DNA from: Terriglobia bacterium
Lineage (GTDB): Bacteria > Acidobacteriota > Terriglobia > Acidiferrales > UBA7541
NCBI GenBank assembly: GCA_963695545.1
Contig: OY968796.1
Location: forward strand, 2,048,001 to 2,112,000
DNA length: 64,000 nt
Direction: 5' to 3'
Position numbers and translations under genes: made by a program. The notes under the pieces are model-generated. The model ran no database searches. It saw only the letters and a program-made list of their open reading frames with translations, and was not told the DNA's origin. Each line of letters starts with the position of its first letter. Position 1 is the stretch's first letter. Shown one piece after another: positions 38,315-49,200 of this stretch.

Positions 38315-39268
38315 CTACTGTTGCTGCTGGTCTTGGTACGCTTCGACGGAAGTCGGCGCGTGAGCCACGCGGCGAATTACCGTCGCCGGCCGCAAATCCT
38401 GCGGCTCAGGTGAGTCCGCGGGAGTCACGGTCACCAGCACGGATAGCTCGCTTTCACCGCCGCCTTTGTATACGCCGCGCGTCGGCGGCACGTCGCCGTA
38501 GTCGCGGCCCAGCGCCACGGCGATATGTTTTTCGGTGCCCGTCAGATTGTTTGTCGGATCGAACGCCACCCAGCCGAGATCGGGCAGAAACGCCTCGATC
38601 CACGCATGCGTCGCGCCTTCCACCGAGCGATGCTGCTTCTTTTTTTTGTCCGCGCGATGGAGATATCCGCTCACATAGCGGCAGGGAATCCGCAGGCCGC
38701 GCACGATCGCGGTCATGATGTGCGCGAAATCCTGGCACACGCCGCGCCGGCTGCGCAGCGCGTCGTCGATCGGCGAATCCACCTGCGTGCTGTTCGGCGC
38801 ATACTCAAATGACCGGTAGAGCGCCGCGTTGAGATCGAGCAGCGTCTCGATCGGCGTCTTGCGCCGCTCGACGCCCAGATCGAGCTCGAACTCGCGCAGC
38901 AGATCGGTCGGTCGGGCGTAGCGGCTCGGCAGCAGCATGTCCCAGTAATCGCCTGCGGCCACGCGCGCATCCAGACCATCCCAGTTTAGAATTTCTCCCC
39001 ATTCGATCGGCGGCGGCTCGCGCACTTCGACAATAGCTTGCGCGGTGATTTGGATGTGCTTTTGGCGTCCAGGAATGTCGAAGTGATGCACGGTGTTCCC
39101 CAGAAAATCCTGATAGGACATGATGTTGGCTTGCGGAGTCACATCCAGAGAAAACGCGAGGCATCGTTGCCGCGCGTCGCTGCGCGGCTGCATGCGCACT
39201 TCCATCAGGCTCTCGCGCGCCTCTGGCTCGTAGCGGAAATCGGTGACGTGTTTTATGGAGTAGGCCAC
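38315..39268 (-). CDS. Transglutaminase-like protein with bacterial N-terminal domain
   Basis: IKHVTDFRY, GVCQDFAH, THAW, FDPTN, GRDYGDV; C-terminal QDQQQQ. Confidence 0.93.
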   Translation of the reverse strand: MAYSIKHVTDFRYEPEARESLMEVRMQPRSDARQRCLAFSLDVTPQANIMSYQDFLGNTVHHFDIPGRQKHIQITAQAIVEVREPPPIEWGEILNWDGLDARVAAGDYWDMLLPSRYARPTDLLREFELDLGVERRKTPIETLLDLNAALYRSFEYAPNSTQVDSPIDDALRSRRGVCQDFAHIMTAIVRGLRIPCRYVSGYLHRADKKKKQHRSVEGATHAWIEAFLPDLGWVAFDPTNNLTGTEKHIAVALGRDYGDVPPTRGVYKGGGESELSVLVTVTPADSPEPQDLRPATVIRRVAHAPTSVEAYQDQQQQ

Positions 39269-39311
39269 GTTCCGCTCCTGTATTCCGCGCGGCCGCTTGC
39301 GTCCGCCGCGC

Positions 39312-40271
39312 TCACGAAGCCAGCTCCGCTTCCACCGGATAATCGAAATAGATTTGGTGGATGGCCGCGTGCAGCTCTCCGCATTCGCGCGACACGGATT
39401 GCAAAAATTGCGGCGCGCCCGCGGCGAGAATCTCGTCGATCTCGCTGAAACTCAGTTGCGCGCGCAGCCTGCCGGCGATCCGCGCCGGCATCCCTGCCTT
39501 GCGATCGGTCAGATCGGCAATGGTTTTTAGCGCCGCCTCCATGCGATCCACCGAGAACCGCACCGAATGCGGGAAATCGGGATCGAGCAGCAGGAACTCC
39601 GCCACTTGTACCGGTCGAATCTCCGCCGTGTAGGCTTTGCAGTACGATTCAAACGCGCCGCAGCCCTTGAGCAATCCGATCCATTCCAGATATTCGGCCG
39701 TTTCCACGGCCTGGTCGGGCGCATGCGGCAGGCGCGCGAAATGAGCGCCGATCAGCAGTGCCAGCGTCACGGTGCGCTCGACGTACCGCCCGAGCTGGAT
39801 GTATTGCCAGCCCTCGCCGTGGCTCATCGTGCCGTCCGTGATGCCTTGAAACAGGTGAGCGCCGTCGCGCACGCCGCGCAGGAAGGCGTGCGATCTCAAG
39901 TTTCGAGACTCGTCGATCTGCTCTTCCATTACGCTGAGATACAAACGATTCAGTTGCTCCCACATCTCCGAGCTGCACTGTTCCCGCACGTGCCGCAGGT
40001 TTTCGCGCGCCGACGCGATTGAGGAGACCAGCGACGACGGCCGCGATCGGTTGAACACCAGCGCTTCGACCAGGCTCGTCGCGCCGACCGGTCCATCTTT
40101 GGCCGGAGCCGCTTGCAGGGCCTCGAGCAAAAATCGCCAGCGTTCGGCCCCGGCGCGGCGCGCTTGGTCGAGCCACAATTCGAGCTCCACGTCCACCAGG
40201 CGAGCGGTGTGCTCGGCCCGCTCGAGGTAGCGGCTCATCCAGTAGAGATTGTCCGCGACGCGCGATAGCAT
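39312..40271 (-). CDS. Alpha-E domain protein
   Basis: MLSRVADNLYWMSRYLERAE and second GRYVER repeat, FPHSV. Confidence 0.93.
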   Translation of the reverse strand: MLSRVADNLYWMSRYLERAEHTARLVDVELELWLDQARRAGAERWRFLLEALQAAPAKDGPVGATSLVEALVFNRSRPSSLVSSIASARENLRHVREQCSSEMWEQLNRLYLSVMEEQIDESRNLRSHAFLRGVRDGAHLFQGITDGTMSHGEGWQYIQLGRYVERTVTLALLIGAHFARLPHAPDQAVETAEYLEWIGLLKGCGAFESYCKAYTAEIRPVQVAEFLLLDPDFPHSVRFSVDRMEAALKTIADLTDRKAGMPARIAGRLRAQLSFSEIDEILAAGAPQFLQSVSRECGELHAAIHQIYFDYPVEAELAS

Positions 40272-40318
40272 TCCCGTATCTCGCTTGGCCGCCGGGAAAT
40301 TTAACGTCCCCGTCGGCC

Positions 40319-41914
40319 TCACTGCGTAATCTTTCCGCCCGGACGCCGTGCGCGCTCAACGGGCGCCGCGGCTGCGGCGCGCGGCTCGCTCTTTTGTGAG
40401 GCTTTCTGACCAGGTTCTGGTTTCGGCGCCGGTTCGGCGCGCAGCACCCAAGTATCTTTGCTGCCGCCGCCTTGCGACGAATTGACGACTAGCGAGCCCT
40501 TCGGCAGCGCCACGCGCGTCAACCCGCCCGGCACGATCGTGACTTTTTCTCCGAACAGGATGTACGGGCGCAGATCGATGTGCCGCGGCTCCACTTCCTC
40601 ACCGATCAGGCACGGCGCAAGCGAGAGCGCCAGCGTCGGCTGCGCGATATAGTTTCGCGGATCGGCCAAGATGCGCTGGCGAAATTCTTCCCGCTGCTCC
40701 GCGGTGCTCTGGGGACCGATTAGCATTCCGTATCCGCCGGATTCTCCCACCGCTTTCACCACCATCTGATCCAGCTTTTCGAGCACCATCGTGCGGCTGG
40801 ATTCGTCGGTCATCAAGTAAGTGGGAACGTTCGGCACGATCGGCTCTTCGCCCAGGTAATACTTTATGATCGCCGGAACGTACGCATACACCGCTTTATC
40901 GTCGGCTACGCCTGTGCCGATCGCATTCGCCAGCGTCACGTTGCCCGCGCGATAGGCGTTGAATAGACCCGGAACTCCCAGCGACGAATCTGGACGGAAG
41001 CACAAGGGATCGAGAAAATCGTCGTCCACGCGGCGGTAGATCACGTCAACACGGCGCAATCCGGCCGTGGTGCGCATGTAAACCACGTTGTCATGCACCA
41101 GCAGGTCGCGACCTTCCACCAATTCGATTCCCATTTGCTGCGCGAGAAAGGTGTGCTCGAAATATGCCGAATTGGCGACGCCCGGCGTGAGTAGCACCGT
41201 CGCGGCGTCGTGCTGCGTCGACCAATTCGCGGGCGCAAGGCTCCGCAGCGTGGCCAGCAGCGCTTGCGGATAATGGTCGATGGGACAAACGTTATAGTCG
41301 CGGAATAACCTCGGGAACACGCGCTTGAGCACCTTGCGGTTCGCCAGCATGTACGAAACGCCGCTCGGCACGCGCAAGTTGTCTTCCAGTACCGCGAATT
41401 CGCCGTCCGGCATGCGCACCAGATCCGTTCCGCAGATGCTCACGTAGACGTCGCGCGGGATGCGCAGCTCGCGCATCTCGCGCCGGAAGTGGCGGCAACT
41501 GTAAATCAGCTCGCGCGGCACCACGCCGTCGGCCAGAATTTGTCCCCGGTGGTATATGTCGTTCAGAAACAGATTGAGCGCGGTGATCCGCTGCGTCAGG
41601 CCCTTTTCGATCTTGCTCCATTCCTGCTCGGTAATGATTCGTGGCACCAGATCGTTCGGGAAAATTTTCTCCGTGCCCTCCTTGTTGCCGTACACCGTGA
41701 AGGTGATGCCTTCGTGCAGAAAGGTCAGATCGGCTGCCTGCTGGGTGCGGCGCAATTCCTCCGGTTTCATCCCGAGCAGCGTCTTGTGCAGGGTTTTGTA
41801 ATGCGCCCGCGGCACGCCGGGCGATACGAACATCTCGTCGTACGAACTGTCGAGTTGATAGTTCACGAACGACGAGTATGCATCACTTTGAAGGCGTGTG
41901 GGCGTGGCGCTCAT
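40319..41914 (-). CDS. Circularly permuted ATP-grasp protein (type 2)
   Basis: [46 protein letters not shown]. Confidence 0.95.
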   Translation of the reverse strand: MSATPTRLQSDAYSSFVNYQLDSSYDEMFVSPGVPRAHYKTLHKTLLGMKPEELRRTQQAADLTFLHEGITFTVYGNKEGTEKIFPNDLVPRIITEQEWSKIEKGLTQRITALNLFLNDIYHRGQILADGVVPRELIYSCRHFRREMRELRIPRDVYVSICGTDLVRMPDGEFAVLEDNLRVPSGVSYMLANRKVLKRVFPRLFRDYNVCPIDHYPQALLATLRSLAPANWSTQHDAATVLLTPGVANSAYFEHTFLAQQMGIELVEGRDLLVHDNVVYMRTTAGLRRVDVIYRRVDDDFLDPLCFRPDSSLGVPGLFNAYRAGNVTLANAIGTGVADDKAVYAYVPAIIKYYLGEEPIVPNVPTYLMTDESSRTMVLEKLDQMVVKAVGESGGYGMLIGPQSTAEQREEFRQRILADPRNYIAQPTLALSLAPCLIGEEVEPRHIDLRPYILFGEKVTIVPGGLTRVALPKGSLVVNSSQGGGSKDTWVLRAEPAPKPEPGQKASQKSEPRAAAAAPVERARRPGGKITQ

Positions 41915-42105
41915 GGGTGTGTCCCACTATCCCCGCGCGCACTGCGGGCGAGCGTCCCGTGGCCGCGAAGGACAGGGCCAATAAATTTAGGCGGCCCAGT
42001 TTGGCAAGTCCAATCGAAAGTCTCAATACAACCGATGCTTTTTGTGCGGGAGTGTGTCCCTGAAACACACCCGAAAACGCCTCTTTCCGGCTCCTCCGCT
42101 CCTGC

Positions 42106-42987
42106 CTACTTCGAGTCGCCGCCTCCCGCGCCCATCGCGCGCGACTCAAATTCGAGCGATGCCGGCAAATGTGCCGCGAAGTAATCCCAGTTATGCCCGC
42201 CCGGGTAGAGGTGGAATTCGTGCGGAATGTGCCGCGCCGTCAGCACGCGGTCGAGCGCGCGATTCCCGGCATCCAGGCCCAGATCGTCCTGCGCGCCGCA
42301 ATCGAAGTAAATCGCAAGACCAGAAAGGTTCGCCGTGCGCGCGATCGTGATCGGACTTTCCCGGTCCCAAAACGCGGGATCGGGCGGCGTACCGAATGGC
42401 CGCTCGAGAATCCGTCCGATTCCCGGATCGTCGCCCGTGTTGGCCGGCAATTTCTCGATCAACGCAGCGCTGTGCGACGCGACCGAACCGAAAAGTTCCG
42501 GATGCCGGAATGCCAGATGCAGCGCGCCATATCCGCCCATGGACACGCCGGAAATTCCCCGGCTCGCGCGGCCGGGCCGCACGCGGTAATGTTTTTCGAT
42601 GTACGGCAGAAATTCCCGCACCATGAAATCTTCGTAGCGCGTTCGGCCGTCGCGCGAATTGATATAGAAGCTTGAGCCCGCCGCCGGCGTCACGATCACG
42701 AATTCGCCGAGCTGCTTCGTCTCCCACAGTTGTTCGACCAGCGAAAGGCCGCCCGAGCTGATCAGGATCTGCTCGTTTTCGCCCAGGCCGTGCAGAAAAT
42801 AAAGCACCGGATAGCGGCGCGTGGTTTGAACGTCGTAACTCGGGGGCAGAATCGCGCAGTAGGCCACTTGCCGTCCCAGAATTTCGCTGCGCACCGAAAG
42901 GCATTCCGCTCTGCCCGTCGCGCGCGCGGGGCGCGCCACAGCGATGCAGCAAAGAAGAGCTAACGCCGCAATTCCGAGCCGATTCAT
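42106..42987 (-). CDS. Exported esterase (alpha/beta hydrolase)
   Basis: Signal peptide, YPVLYFLHG, GVSMGG, GGHNW. Confidence 0.9.
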   Translation of the reverse strand: MNRLGIAALALLCCIAVARPARATGRAECLSVRSEILGRQVAYCAILPPSYDVQTTRRYPVLYFLHGLGENEQILISSGGLSLVEQLWETKQLGEFVIVTPAAGSSFYINSRDGRTRYEDFMVREFLPYIEKHYRVRPGRASRGISGVSMGGYGALHLAFRHPELFGSVASHSAALIEKLPANTGDDPGIGRILERPFGTPPDPAFWDRESPITIARTANLSGLAIYFDCGAQDDLGLDAGNRALDRVLTARHIPHEFHLYPGGHNWDYFAAHLPASLEFESRAMGAGGGDSK

Positions 42988-43117
42988 TCCGTAGCCGTCA
43001 CCTTTCGCCGCGCCCACTTGCGCGCTCTCTTATTATGGACGATGCGCGACGCCGGCCGCCCGGGATTCGTGAGCCGCCGTGGGCCTGGCGTATACTCGCG
43101 CGACGCCCGGAGCGCGA

Positions 43118-44215
43118 TTGAAAATCCTCTACGTCGATCTCGAAACAGAATGGCGCGGCGGCCAAAGCCAGGCGCTCGAAGCACTCCGCGGACTCCTGCG
43201 CCGCGGCCACGAGGCACAGCTGCTCGCCGTTGCCGGCGGAGCGCTCGCCACGCGCGCTCGCGATGCCGGCGTGCGCGTGATCGAAATCGAATCGCGGCGC
43301 AAACGCTGGGGCGCAGCGGAAGCGCTCCGGCGTCTGTTGCGCGATGCGCCGCCCGACGTGGTCCACGCCAACGAATCCCATGCGCTCACGGCCGCGTGGC
43401 TCGCGCGCACGCATCGCCGCACCACACTGGTTGCAGCGCGGCGCCTCGCTTATCCCATTCAGCGGAATCCGATTTCGCGCGCGCGTTTCCGAGCCGCGCA
43501 TCGCATTTTCGCGATATCCGATTTCGTCGCGCGCAGCGTAATCGCCTCGGGCCTTCCCGCCGAGCGCGTCGTAATTGTGCGCGAAGGAATCGAGATTCCG
43601 CCGCCGCTCACCCCGGCGCAGCGCATCGCCGCGCGGCACATCTGGAATCTTGCGGACGACGAATTCGCGCTCGGCTGCGTGGGCTATCTCTTGCCGGAAA
43701 AGGGCCAGGAATTTCTGGTCTGCGCCTTGCCGGCAATTTGCGCCGCCGCGCCGCGAGTCCGCCTGATCCTCGCCGGCGACGGTCCGCTGCGCGATCATCT
43801 TCAAGAGCTGGCCACCAAATTGAACGTGCGCGACCGCATCGTGTTCGCAGGTTTCGTTGAGCGCATCGCTGACGTTTACGCAGCCCTCGATGCCTTCGTC
43901 TTTCCCTCGCTTGCCGAGCCATCCGGCACATCGCTGCTCGCCGCTATGGCATGGGGTTTGCCTGTCGCGGCGGTAGCACGCGGAGGCGTGCCCGAATACG
44001 TGGAGGACGACGTCAACGGCTTGCTGATTTCTCAGCCTGCGCCGCAAGCCATCGCCGCCGCCGTGAATCGCTTGCTCGCCGACGCAGAATTGCGTCAGCG
44101 CCTCGGCGCGCGCGCTCGCGCCGACATTTCCGAGCGCTACGCTACCGACGTCATGGTGGAACACCTGCTTCGTGCTTGCGCTGCAGCCGCGCAAGCGCGC
44201 GCAGCTCGCGGCTAG
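43118..44215 (+). CDS. Glycosyltransferase family 4
   Basis: WRGGQ, EKGQ, FVFPSLAE...AMAWGLPV, GGVPE. Confidence 0.9.
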   Translation: MKILYVDLETEWRGGQSQALEALRGLLRRGHEAQLLAVAGGALATRARDAGVRVIEIESRRKRWGAAEALRRLLRDAPPDVVHANESHALTAAWLARTHRRTTLVAARRLAYPIQRNPISRARFRAAHRIFAISDFVARSVIASGLPAERVVIVREGIEIPPPLTPAQRIAARHIWNLADDEFALGCVGYLLPEKGQEFLVCALPAICAAAPRVRLILAGDGPLRDHLQELATKLNVRDRIVFAGFVERIADVYAALDAFVFPSLAEPSGTSLLAAMAWGLPVAAVARGGVPEYVEDDVNGLLISQPAPQAIAAAVNRLLADAELRQRLGARARADISERYATDVMVEHLLRACAAAAQARAARG

Positions 44216-44356
44216 ACATTTCGATATTTGAAAGACGCGAGGACAGGCGTGACCCACCCGCAATCGCGCCCATGATTTTGATAGAATTTATTTTGTCTGC
44301 GCGTCGAAATGACTCGCTGCGATTCGGAATCACGTGAGTATTGCCGAGGAGGCAAT

Positions 44357-44872
44357 TTGGCATCGGAGAGTTCGTTCCGCGCGGAGCGCGGTGCTTCACC
44401 GGAACGCGCGGAGCGCGGTGCTTCAAACGTCCGGTCGCCTGGGCGATCGCTGTTTTTGTGCGCACTTCTTCTGGCCGCAATTGCTTGCGCTGTGATGGCC
44501 GCACCCTCACGCGGTCTCGTCGCCCAGACTCATTCCCAATCGCATCATCCGCTCCCTCCTCCGCCTCCGCCGTACACACCGCCGCCGCCCGGCGCGAACC
44601 TCGATTCCATCGGCGCGAAAAAATTGCCCGACGGCCCAGGCAAACAAATTGTTGAGGCCTCCTGCAAGGATTGCCATAGTTTCGACCGCATCACCATGGC
44701 CCATCACTCGCTCGCTCGCTGGCGTGCCGTCGTGCGCCTGATGCAGCAGCGCGGCGCCGACGTCGAACCCGGCGATCTGGACCCTTTGGTGCACTATCTG
44801 GCACAAAATTTCGGGTTGCGGCACACCGTCGCAAAGCCGTCGAGTCCCGCGCCGCCTCCGCCGGCGCAATAG
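44357..44872 (+). CDS. Exported monoheme cytochrome c with Pro-rich linker
   Basis: LPDGPGK..CKDCH, WRAVVRLM, YLAQNF; TTG after GAGGAGG (start uncertain). Confidence 0.8.
   Translation: MASESSFRAERGASPERAERGASNVRSPGRSLFLCALLLAAIACAVMAAPSRGLVAQTHSQSHHPLPPPPPPYTPPPPGANLDSIGAKKLPDGPGKQIVEASCKDCHSFDRITMAHHSLARWRAVVRLMQQRGADVEPGDLDPLVHYLAQNFGLRHTVAKPSSPAPPPPAQ
44378..44425 (-). repeat. Two divergent 27-bp repeat units, reverse orientation
   Basis: Reverse complement TGAAGCACCGCGCTCCGCGCGTTCCGG, 22/27 to the consensus; period 27. Confidence 0.75.
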
Positions 44873-44892
44873 TCAAGTAAGGAGTCGCATCG

Positions 44893-45384
44893 ATGAACCG
44901 CACGCGGCGCGCGCTGTTTGCTTCGGCCGGATTGGTGCTCATCGCGTCCCTCGGTTGCTGGGCCGCGCAAAGCTCCGGTCCGCTCACCTACCGCTTGGTT
45001 GTGAAGCCGGGAGACCTCACGCTGGCCGCCAAGGCCGCCGCCGGAAATCCCGCCCCGCCGCACGAAGAATCGATCGCATTCACCGTGATCAATTCCACCG
45101 ACACTGATTACGAAGGCATCGCGCAGTCGTGCCAAATCTTCGACGTCGAAATTTTCCTGCTCGGCCCCAGCGGCGAAAAATCCGTTTGGAGATGGTCGCA
45201 CGGACAAATGTTCTGCCAGCACGTCACCACCGTCGTCATTCCCGCCGGCCTCACCTGGGAGCAGACCGTGAAGTGGGATTTCATCCCCGCCAATGTCCAG
45301 GACGGCAAATACCGAGTCGACGCGACGTTCATTCCCTCGAACGCCGTGGCCTCCGCCGATTTTGAGATTCACTCTCCCCACTAA
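44893..45384 (+). CDS. Exported Ig-like protein, BsuPI proteinase-inhibitor-like
   Basis: Signal peptide; FDVEI...VWRWSHGQMFCQ...W...GKY pattern. Confidence 0.65.
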   Translation: MNRTRRALFASAGLVLIASLGCWAAQSSGPLTYRLVVKPGDLTLAAKAAAGNPAPPHEESIAFTVINSTDTDYEGIAQSCQIFDVEIFLLGPSGEKSVWRWSHGQMFCQHVTTVVIPAGLTWEQTVKWDFIPANVQDGKYRVDATFIPSNAVASADFEIHSPH

Positions 45385-45465
45385 TGTCCCTGCTATCTGC
45401 CATGCGCGTCGGAGTCGCCCGCGCCCGTTGACAACCCCGTCCCCGCGCGCACATTCTATTCCGCC

Positions 45466-47451
45466 ATGACCACGCCGACGCCGCCCGACGAGAAGCCCTC
45501 CGGCAACACGCTCGACGCGCTCCTGCACGAAAAGCGTCTCTTCCCGCCCCCCGAAGATTTCGCGCTGCGCGCCAACGCCTCCGACCCCGCCATCTACGAT
45601 CGCGCCGCGAAAGATTTCGAATCGTTCTGGGCCACCGAATCGAAGCGCCTCAGTTGGTCCGAGCCATGGCAGACTGTTCTCGAGTGGAAGGCCCCGTGGG
45701 CCAAATGGTTTCTCGGCGGCCGCCTCAACGTCGCGCACAATTGCGTCGATCGCCACGCGCAATCGGCGCGCCGCAACAAAGTCGCAATCTTCTGGGAAGG
45801 CGAGCCCGGCGACGCGCGCGCCCTCACCTTCGGCATGCTCGAGCGCGAAGTCAATCGTTTCGCGAACGTTCTACGCAGCCTCGGCGTGGAAAAGGGCGAC
45901 CGCGTCGCCGTTTACATGGGCATGGTGCCCGAGCTCGCGATTGCGCTGCTCGCCTGCGCGAAAATCGGCGCGCCGCATTCCGTCGTCTTCGGCGGCTTCT
46001 CGAAAGAAGCTCTCCGCGAGCGCATCAACGACGCGCAAGCCAAAATCCTGATCACCGCCGACGGCGCTCGGCGCCGCGGCGCCGTCGTGCCACTGAAATC
46101 CGCCGCCGATGAAGCCCTGAAAGCCACGCCCAGCATTCAGCATGTCGTCGTCGTCGAACGCGTGGGCCGCGCCGCTGCCGGCGCCGCCATGCAGCCCGGC
46201 CGCGACGTCTGGTGGCACGAAATCATCAAGGACGCCCCCGATCGCGCCTGGGGCGAAATGATGGACGCCGAGGATATGCTCTTCATCCTCTATACCAGCG
46301 GCACCACCGGCAAACCCAAGGGCGTCGTGCACACCACGGCCGGCTATCTCGTCGGAGTCTCCACCACGCATCGATTAATTTTTGACGTCAAGGAAGACGA
46401 CGTCTATTGGTGCACGGCCGATCTCGGCTGGGTCACCGGCCACTCCTATGTGATCTACGGCCCGCTCGCCAATGGCTGCACCACCGTGATGTACGAAGGC
46501 GCGCCCGATTTTCCCGATCGCGGCCGCTTCTGGCAGCTCATCGATAAATACGGCGTCAATATTCTTTACACCGCGCCCACCGCCATCCGCACCTTCATGC
46601 GCTGGGGAGCCGAGTGGCCCGCGCAATCTTCGCTCGAGTCGCTGCGCCTGCTCGGCACCGTCGGCGAGCCCATCAATCCCGAAGCCTGGATGTGGTATCA
46701 AGAACATATTGGCCACGGCCGCTGCCCCATCGTCGACACTTGGTGGCAAACCGAAACCGGTATGATCCTCATCTCGCCGCTCCCCGGCCTCACGCCCACC
46801 AAACCCGGCTCCGCCACGCGCGCCTTCCCCGGCATCGCTGCCGAAGTTGTCGACGCCAAAGGCGACGCGGTCGGCCCCGGCGCCGGCGGATATCTCGTGC
46901 TCTCGCGCCCCTGGCCCGCGATGATGCGCACGATTTACGGCGATCCGCAGCGTTACGTCGATAATTATTGGTCGCGCTATCCCGGCCGCTATTTCACCGG
47001 CGATGGCTGCAAGATTGACGACGACGGATATTTCTGGCTGCTCGGCCGCGTTGACGACGTGATGAACGTCGCCGGCCACCGCATCTCCACCTACGAAGTC
47101 GAAAGCGCTCTCGTCGACCATACCGCCGTCGCCGAAGCCGCCGTCATCGGCAAAACGCACGAGATCAAAGGCCAGGGCATCTCCGCCTTCGTCACGCTCA
47201 AAGAAGGCGTCCCCGCGAACGATGCGCTCAAAGACGAACTCAAGCGCCACGTCGCCGAAAAAATCGGACCCATCGCCCGACCCGACGATATTTTCTTCGC
47301 CGCCGAACTCCCCAAAACCCGCAGCGCCAAAATCATGCGCCGCCTCCTCCGCGATATCGCCGAAGGCCGCGTCCTCGGCGACACCACCACACTCGCCGAC
47401 CCCGCCATCGTCGCCAAACTAAAATCCCAATACGAAAGCGAAGAGTCTTAG
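45466..47451 (+). CDS. acs: Acetyl-CoA synthetase
   Basis: [38 protein letters not shown]. Confidence 0.97.
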   Translation: MTTPTPPDEKPSGNTLDALLHEKRLFPPPEDFALRANASDPAIYDRAAKDFESFWATESKRLSWSEPWQTVLEWKAPWAKWFLGGRLNVAHNCVDRHAQSARRNKVAIFWEGEPGDARALTFGMLEREVNRFANVLRSLGVEKGDRVAVYMGMVPELAIALLACAKIGAPHSVVFGGFSKEALRERINDAQAKILITADGARRRGAVVPLKSAADEALKATPSIQHVVVVERVGRAAAGAAMQPGRDVWWHEIIKDAPDRAWGEMMDAEDMLFILYTSGTTGKPKGVVHTTAGYLVGVSTTHRLIFDVKEDDVYWCTADLGWVTGHSYVIYGPLANGCTTVMYEGAPDFPDRGRFWQLIDKYGVNILYTAPTAIRTFMRWGAEWPAQSSLESLRLLGTVGEPINPEAWMWYQEHIGHGRCPIVDTWWQTETGMILISPLPGLTPTKPGSATRAFPGIAAEVVDAKGDAVGPGAGGYLVLSRPWPAMMRTIYGDPQRYVDNYWSRYPGRYFTGDGCKIDDDGYFWLLGRVDDVMNVAGHRISTYEVESALVDHTAVAEAAVIGKTHEIKGQGISAFVTLKEGVPANDALKDELKRHVAEKIGPIARPDDIFFAAELPKTRSAKIMRRLLRDIAEGRVLGDTTTLADPAIVAKLKSQYESEES

Positions 47452-47497
47452 TACGCGAAATATTGTCGATGCGCGGGACGACGTTCTTTTTCGGCGT

Positions 47498-48835
47498 GTG
47501 CCCCACACGTCGGATTTACGTGTGGGGATTTTGGTCGTTCTCTCGCTGCTCACGCTCGCCGCCAGCGCTCAAACCGCCCCGTCCGTTCCCGCACCGCCGC
47601 CAGCGACAATTCCGCTAACGCCCCCCATCGACACCACCGACGGCGCCGGCGCCTTCGCCACCCATCGCTACCGCAATCTCTTCGCCGAATCCGGCCACTC
47701 GAAAAAGGAAATCTCCCAAAAAATCAGCGCCGCCTACAAACAACTCTTCTACGGCGATCCCCAAACCCAATCCGTCTTCTTCTACACCGGCAAAAATTCC
47801 AACGGCCCGCTCGCCTATCTCACCGATTGGAACAATCACGACGTGCGCACCGAAGGCATGTCCTACGGCATGATGATTTCCGTCCAGCTCAACAAGAAAA
47901 AAGAATTCAACGCTCTCTGGAACTGGGCCAAGACCTACATGTACATCTCCGATCCCAAGCATCCTTCCTACGGCTATTTCTCCTGGTCCTGCAAAACCGA
48001 TGGCACGCCCAACGAAGAAACCGCCGCTCCCGATGGCGAAGAATATTTCGTGATGTCTCTCTATTTCGCCGCCGCAAGATGGGGAAATGGCGCGGGAATC
48101 TACGATTACAAATCCGAAGCCGACGCCCTGCTAACCACTATGCGCCATCGCGCCGAAATCGCTGGGCCGACAAAATTCGGCCCGCGCACCGTAGCCAGCG
48201 AAGTCGATGAACAATACAAAATGATCCGCTTCGTCCCGGTCGTCGCGCGCGGCGATTTCACCGATCCTTCCTATCATCTCCCGGCGTTCTACGAACTCTG
48301 GTCCCGCTGGGGCCCCGAGCCCGACCGCGAATTCTGGGCCGAAGCCGCCGCAGCCAGCCGCGCGTTCTTCGTAGCCACCACGAATCCGGCAACCGGCCTC
48401 GCCCCCGACTACGCCAATTTCGATGGCACCCCGCACCTCACGCGCTTCCCCCAATCCGGCATCTTCGGCTACGACGCCTGGCGCACCGCCAGCAATTGGT
48501 CCGTAGATTGGTCCTGGTGGCAAAAATCTCCGCCAGAGCAGCAGCTAAGCGACCGCATCCAATCTTTCTTCTCGTCTCAAGGCTTGTCGACTTATGGCGA
48601 CGTCTTCACTCTCGATGGCAAACCACTCGACGCAAATCACTCCACAGGTTTAATCTCCACAAACGCCGTAGCCAGCCTCGCCGCCACCAATCCCGCCTCC
48701 AAAGATTTCGTAGCCGCCCTCTGGAACGCCCCCATCCCGTCCGGCCAAAAGCGCTACTATGACGGCATGCTCTATCTCCTAAGCCTCCTCCACTGCAGCG
48801 GCAGATTCCGCATCTACATCCCGCACGGACTATAA
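47498..48835 (+). CDS. Glycoside hydrolase family 8 (Rex-like exo-oligoxylanase/xylanase), exported
   Basis: DVRTEGMSYGM, APDGEEYF, FTDPSYHLP, YDAWR, RYYDG; start uncertain. Confidence 0.9.
   Translation: MPHTSDLRVGILVVLSLLTLAASAQTAPSVPAPPPATIPLTPPIDTTDGAGAFATHRYRNLFAESGHSKKEISQKISAAYKQLFYGDPQTQSVFFYTGKNSNGPLAYLTDWNNHDVRTEGMSYGMMISVQLNKKKEFNALWNWAKTYMYISDPKHPSYGYFSWSCKTDGTPNEETAAPDGEEYFVMSLYFAAARWGNGAGIYDYKSEADALLTTMRHRAEIAGPTKFGPRTVASEVDEQYKMIRFVPVVARGDFTDPSYHLPAFYELWSRWGPEPDREFWAEAAAASRAFFVATTNPATGLAPDYANFDGTPHLTRFPQSGIFGYDAWRTASNWSVDWSWWQKSPPEQQLSDRIQSFFSSQGLSTYGDVFTLDGKPLDANHSTGLISTNAVASLAATNPASKDFVAALWNAPIPSGQKRYYDGMLYLLSLLHCSGRFRIYIPHGL
47501..47527. repeat. Palindrome CCCCACACGT-N7-ACGTGTGGGG
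   Basis: 10-bp perfect stem after acs, overlapping the GH8 start region. Confidence 0.55.
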
Positions 48836-48900
48836 GAATTCGCGTCAAACAAACCTCTGTGAAATGACCCAACTTGGATGTAGCATTTATATGTGACGTC

Positions 48901-49200
48901 ATGGCAGTGAAACTAAATTCTCGATTCGCCACCGCACAGGACACCGCTCATGTCCTCGGCGTACCGCCCCGCAGGGTCAAAGAATTAATGAAACTCGTTT
49001 ATTCCACGAAGGTTCGGGCTGCCGACGGCCGCCATTGGACGGTGTCCGCTGCAAGATTGAAGTCTATGTTCGCAGGAAAAACCTCTAAGGCGTTCGCAAA
49101 AAAGTCGTCGTCCGTTTCTTTAGGGACGAAATCCACCCGGAAACCTAGATCTCCTCGAAGGACCCAACCGCGTGGCAAAAAGTCGAAAAGCGCTCACTAA
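48901..49200 (+). CDS. Small basic protein with putative N-terminal HTH
   Basis: TAQDTAHVLGVPPRRVKEL helix-turn-helix-like; lower GC; overlaps the next gene. Confidence 0.55.
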   Translation: MAVKLNSRFATAQDTAHVLGVPPRRVKELMKLVYSTKVRAADGRHWTVSAARLKSMFAGKTSKAFAKKSSSVSLGTKSTRKPRSPRRTQPRGKKSKSAH

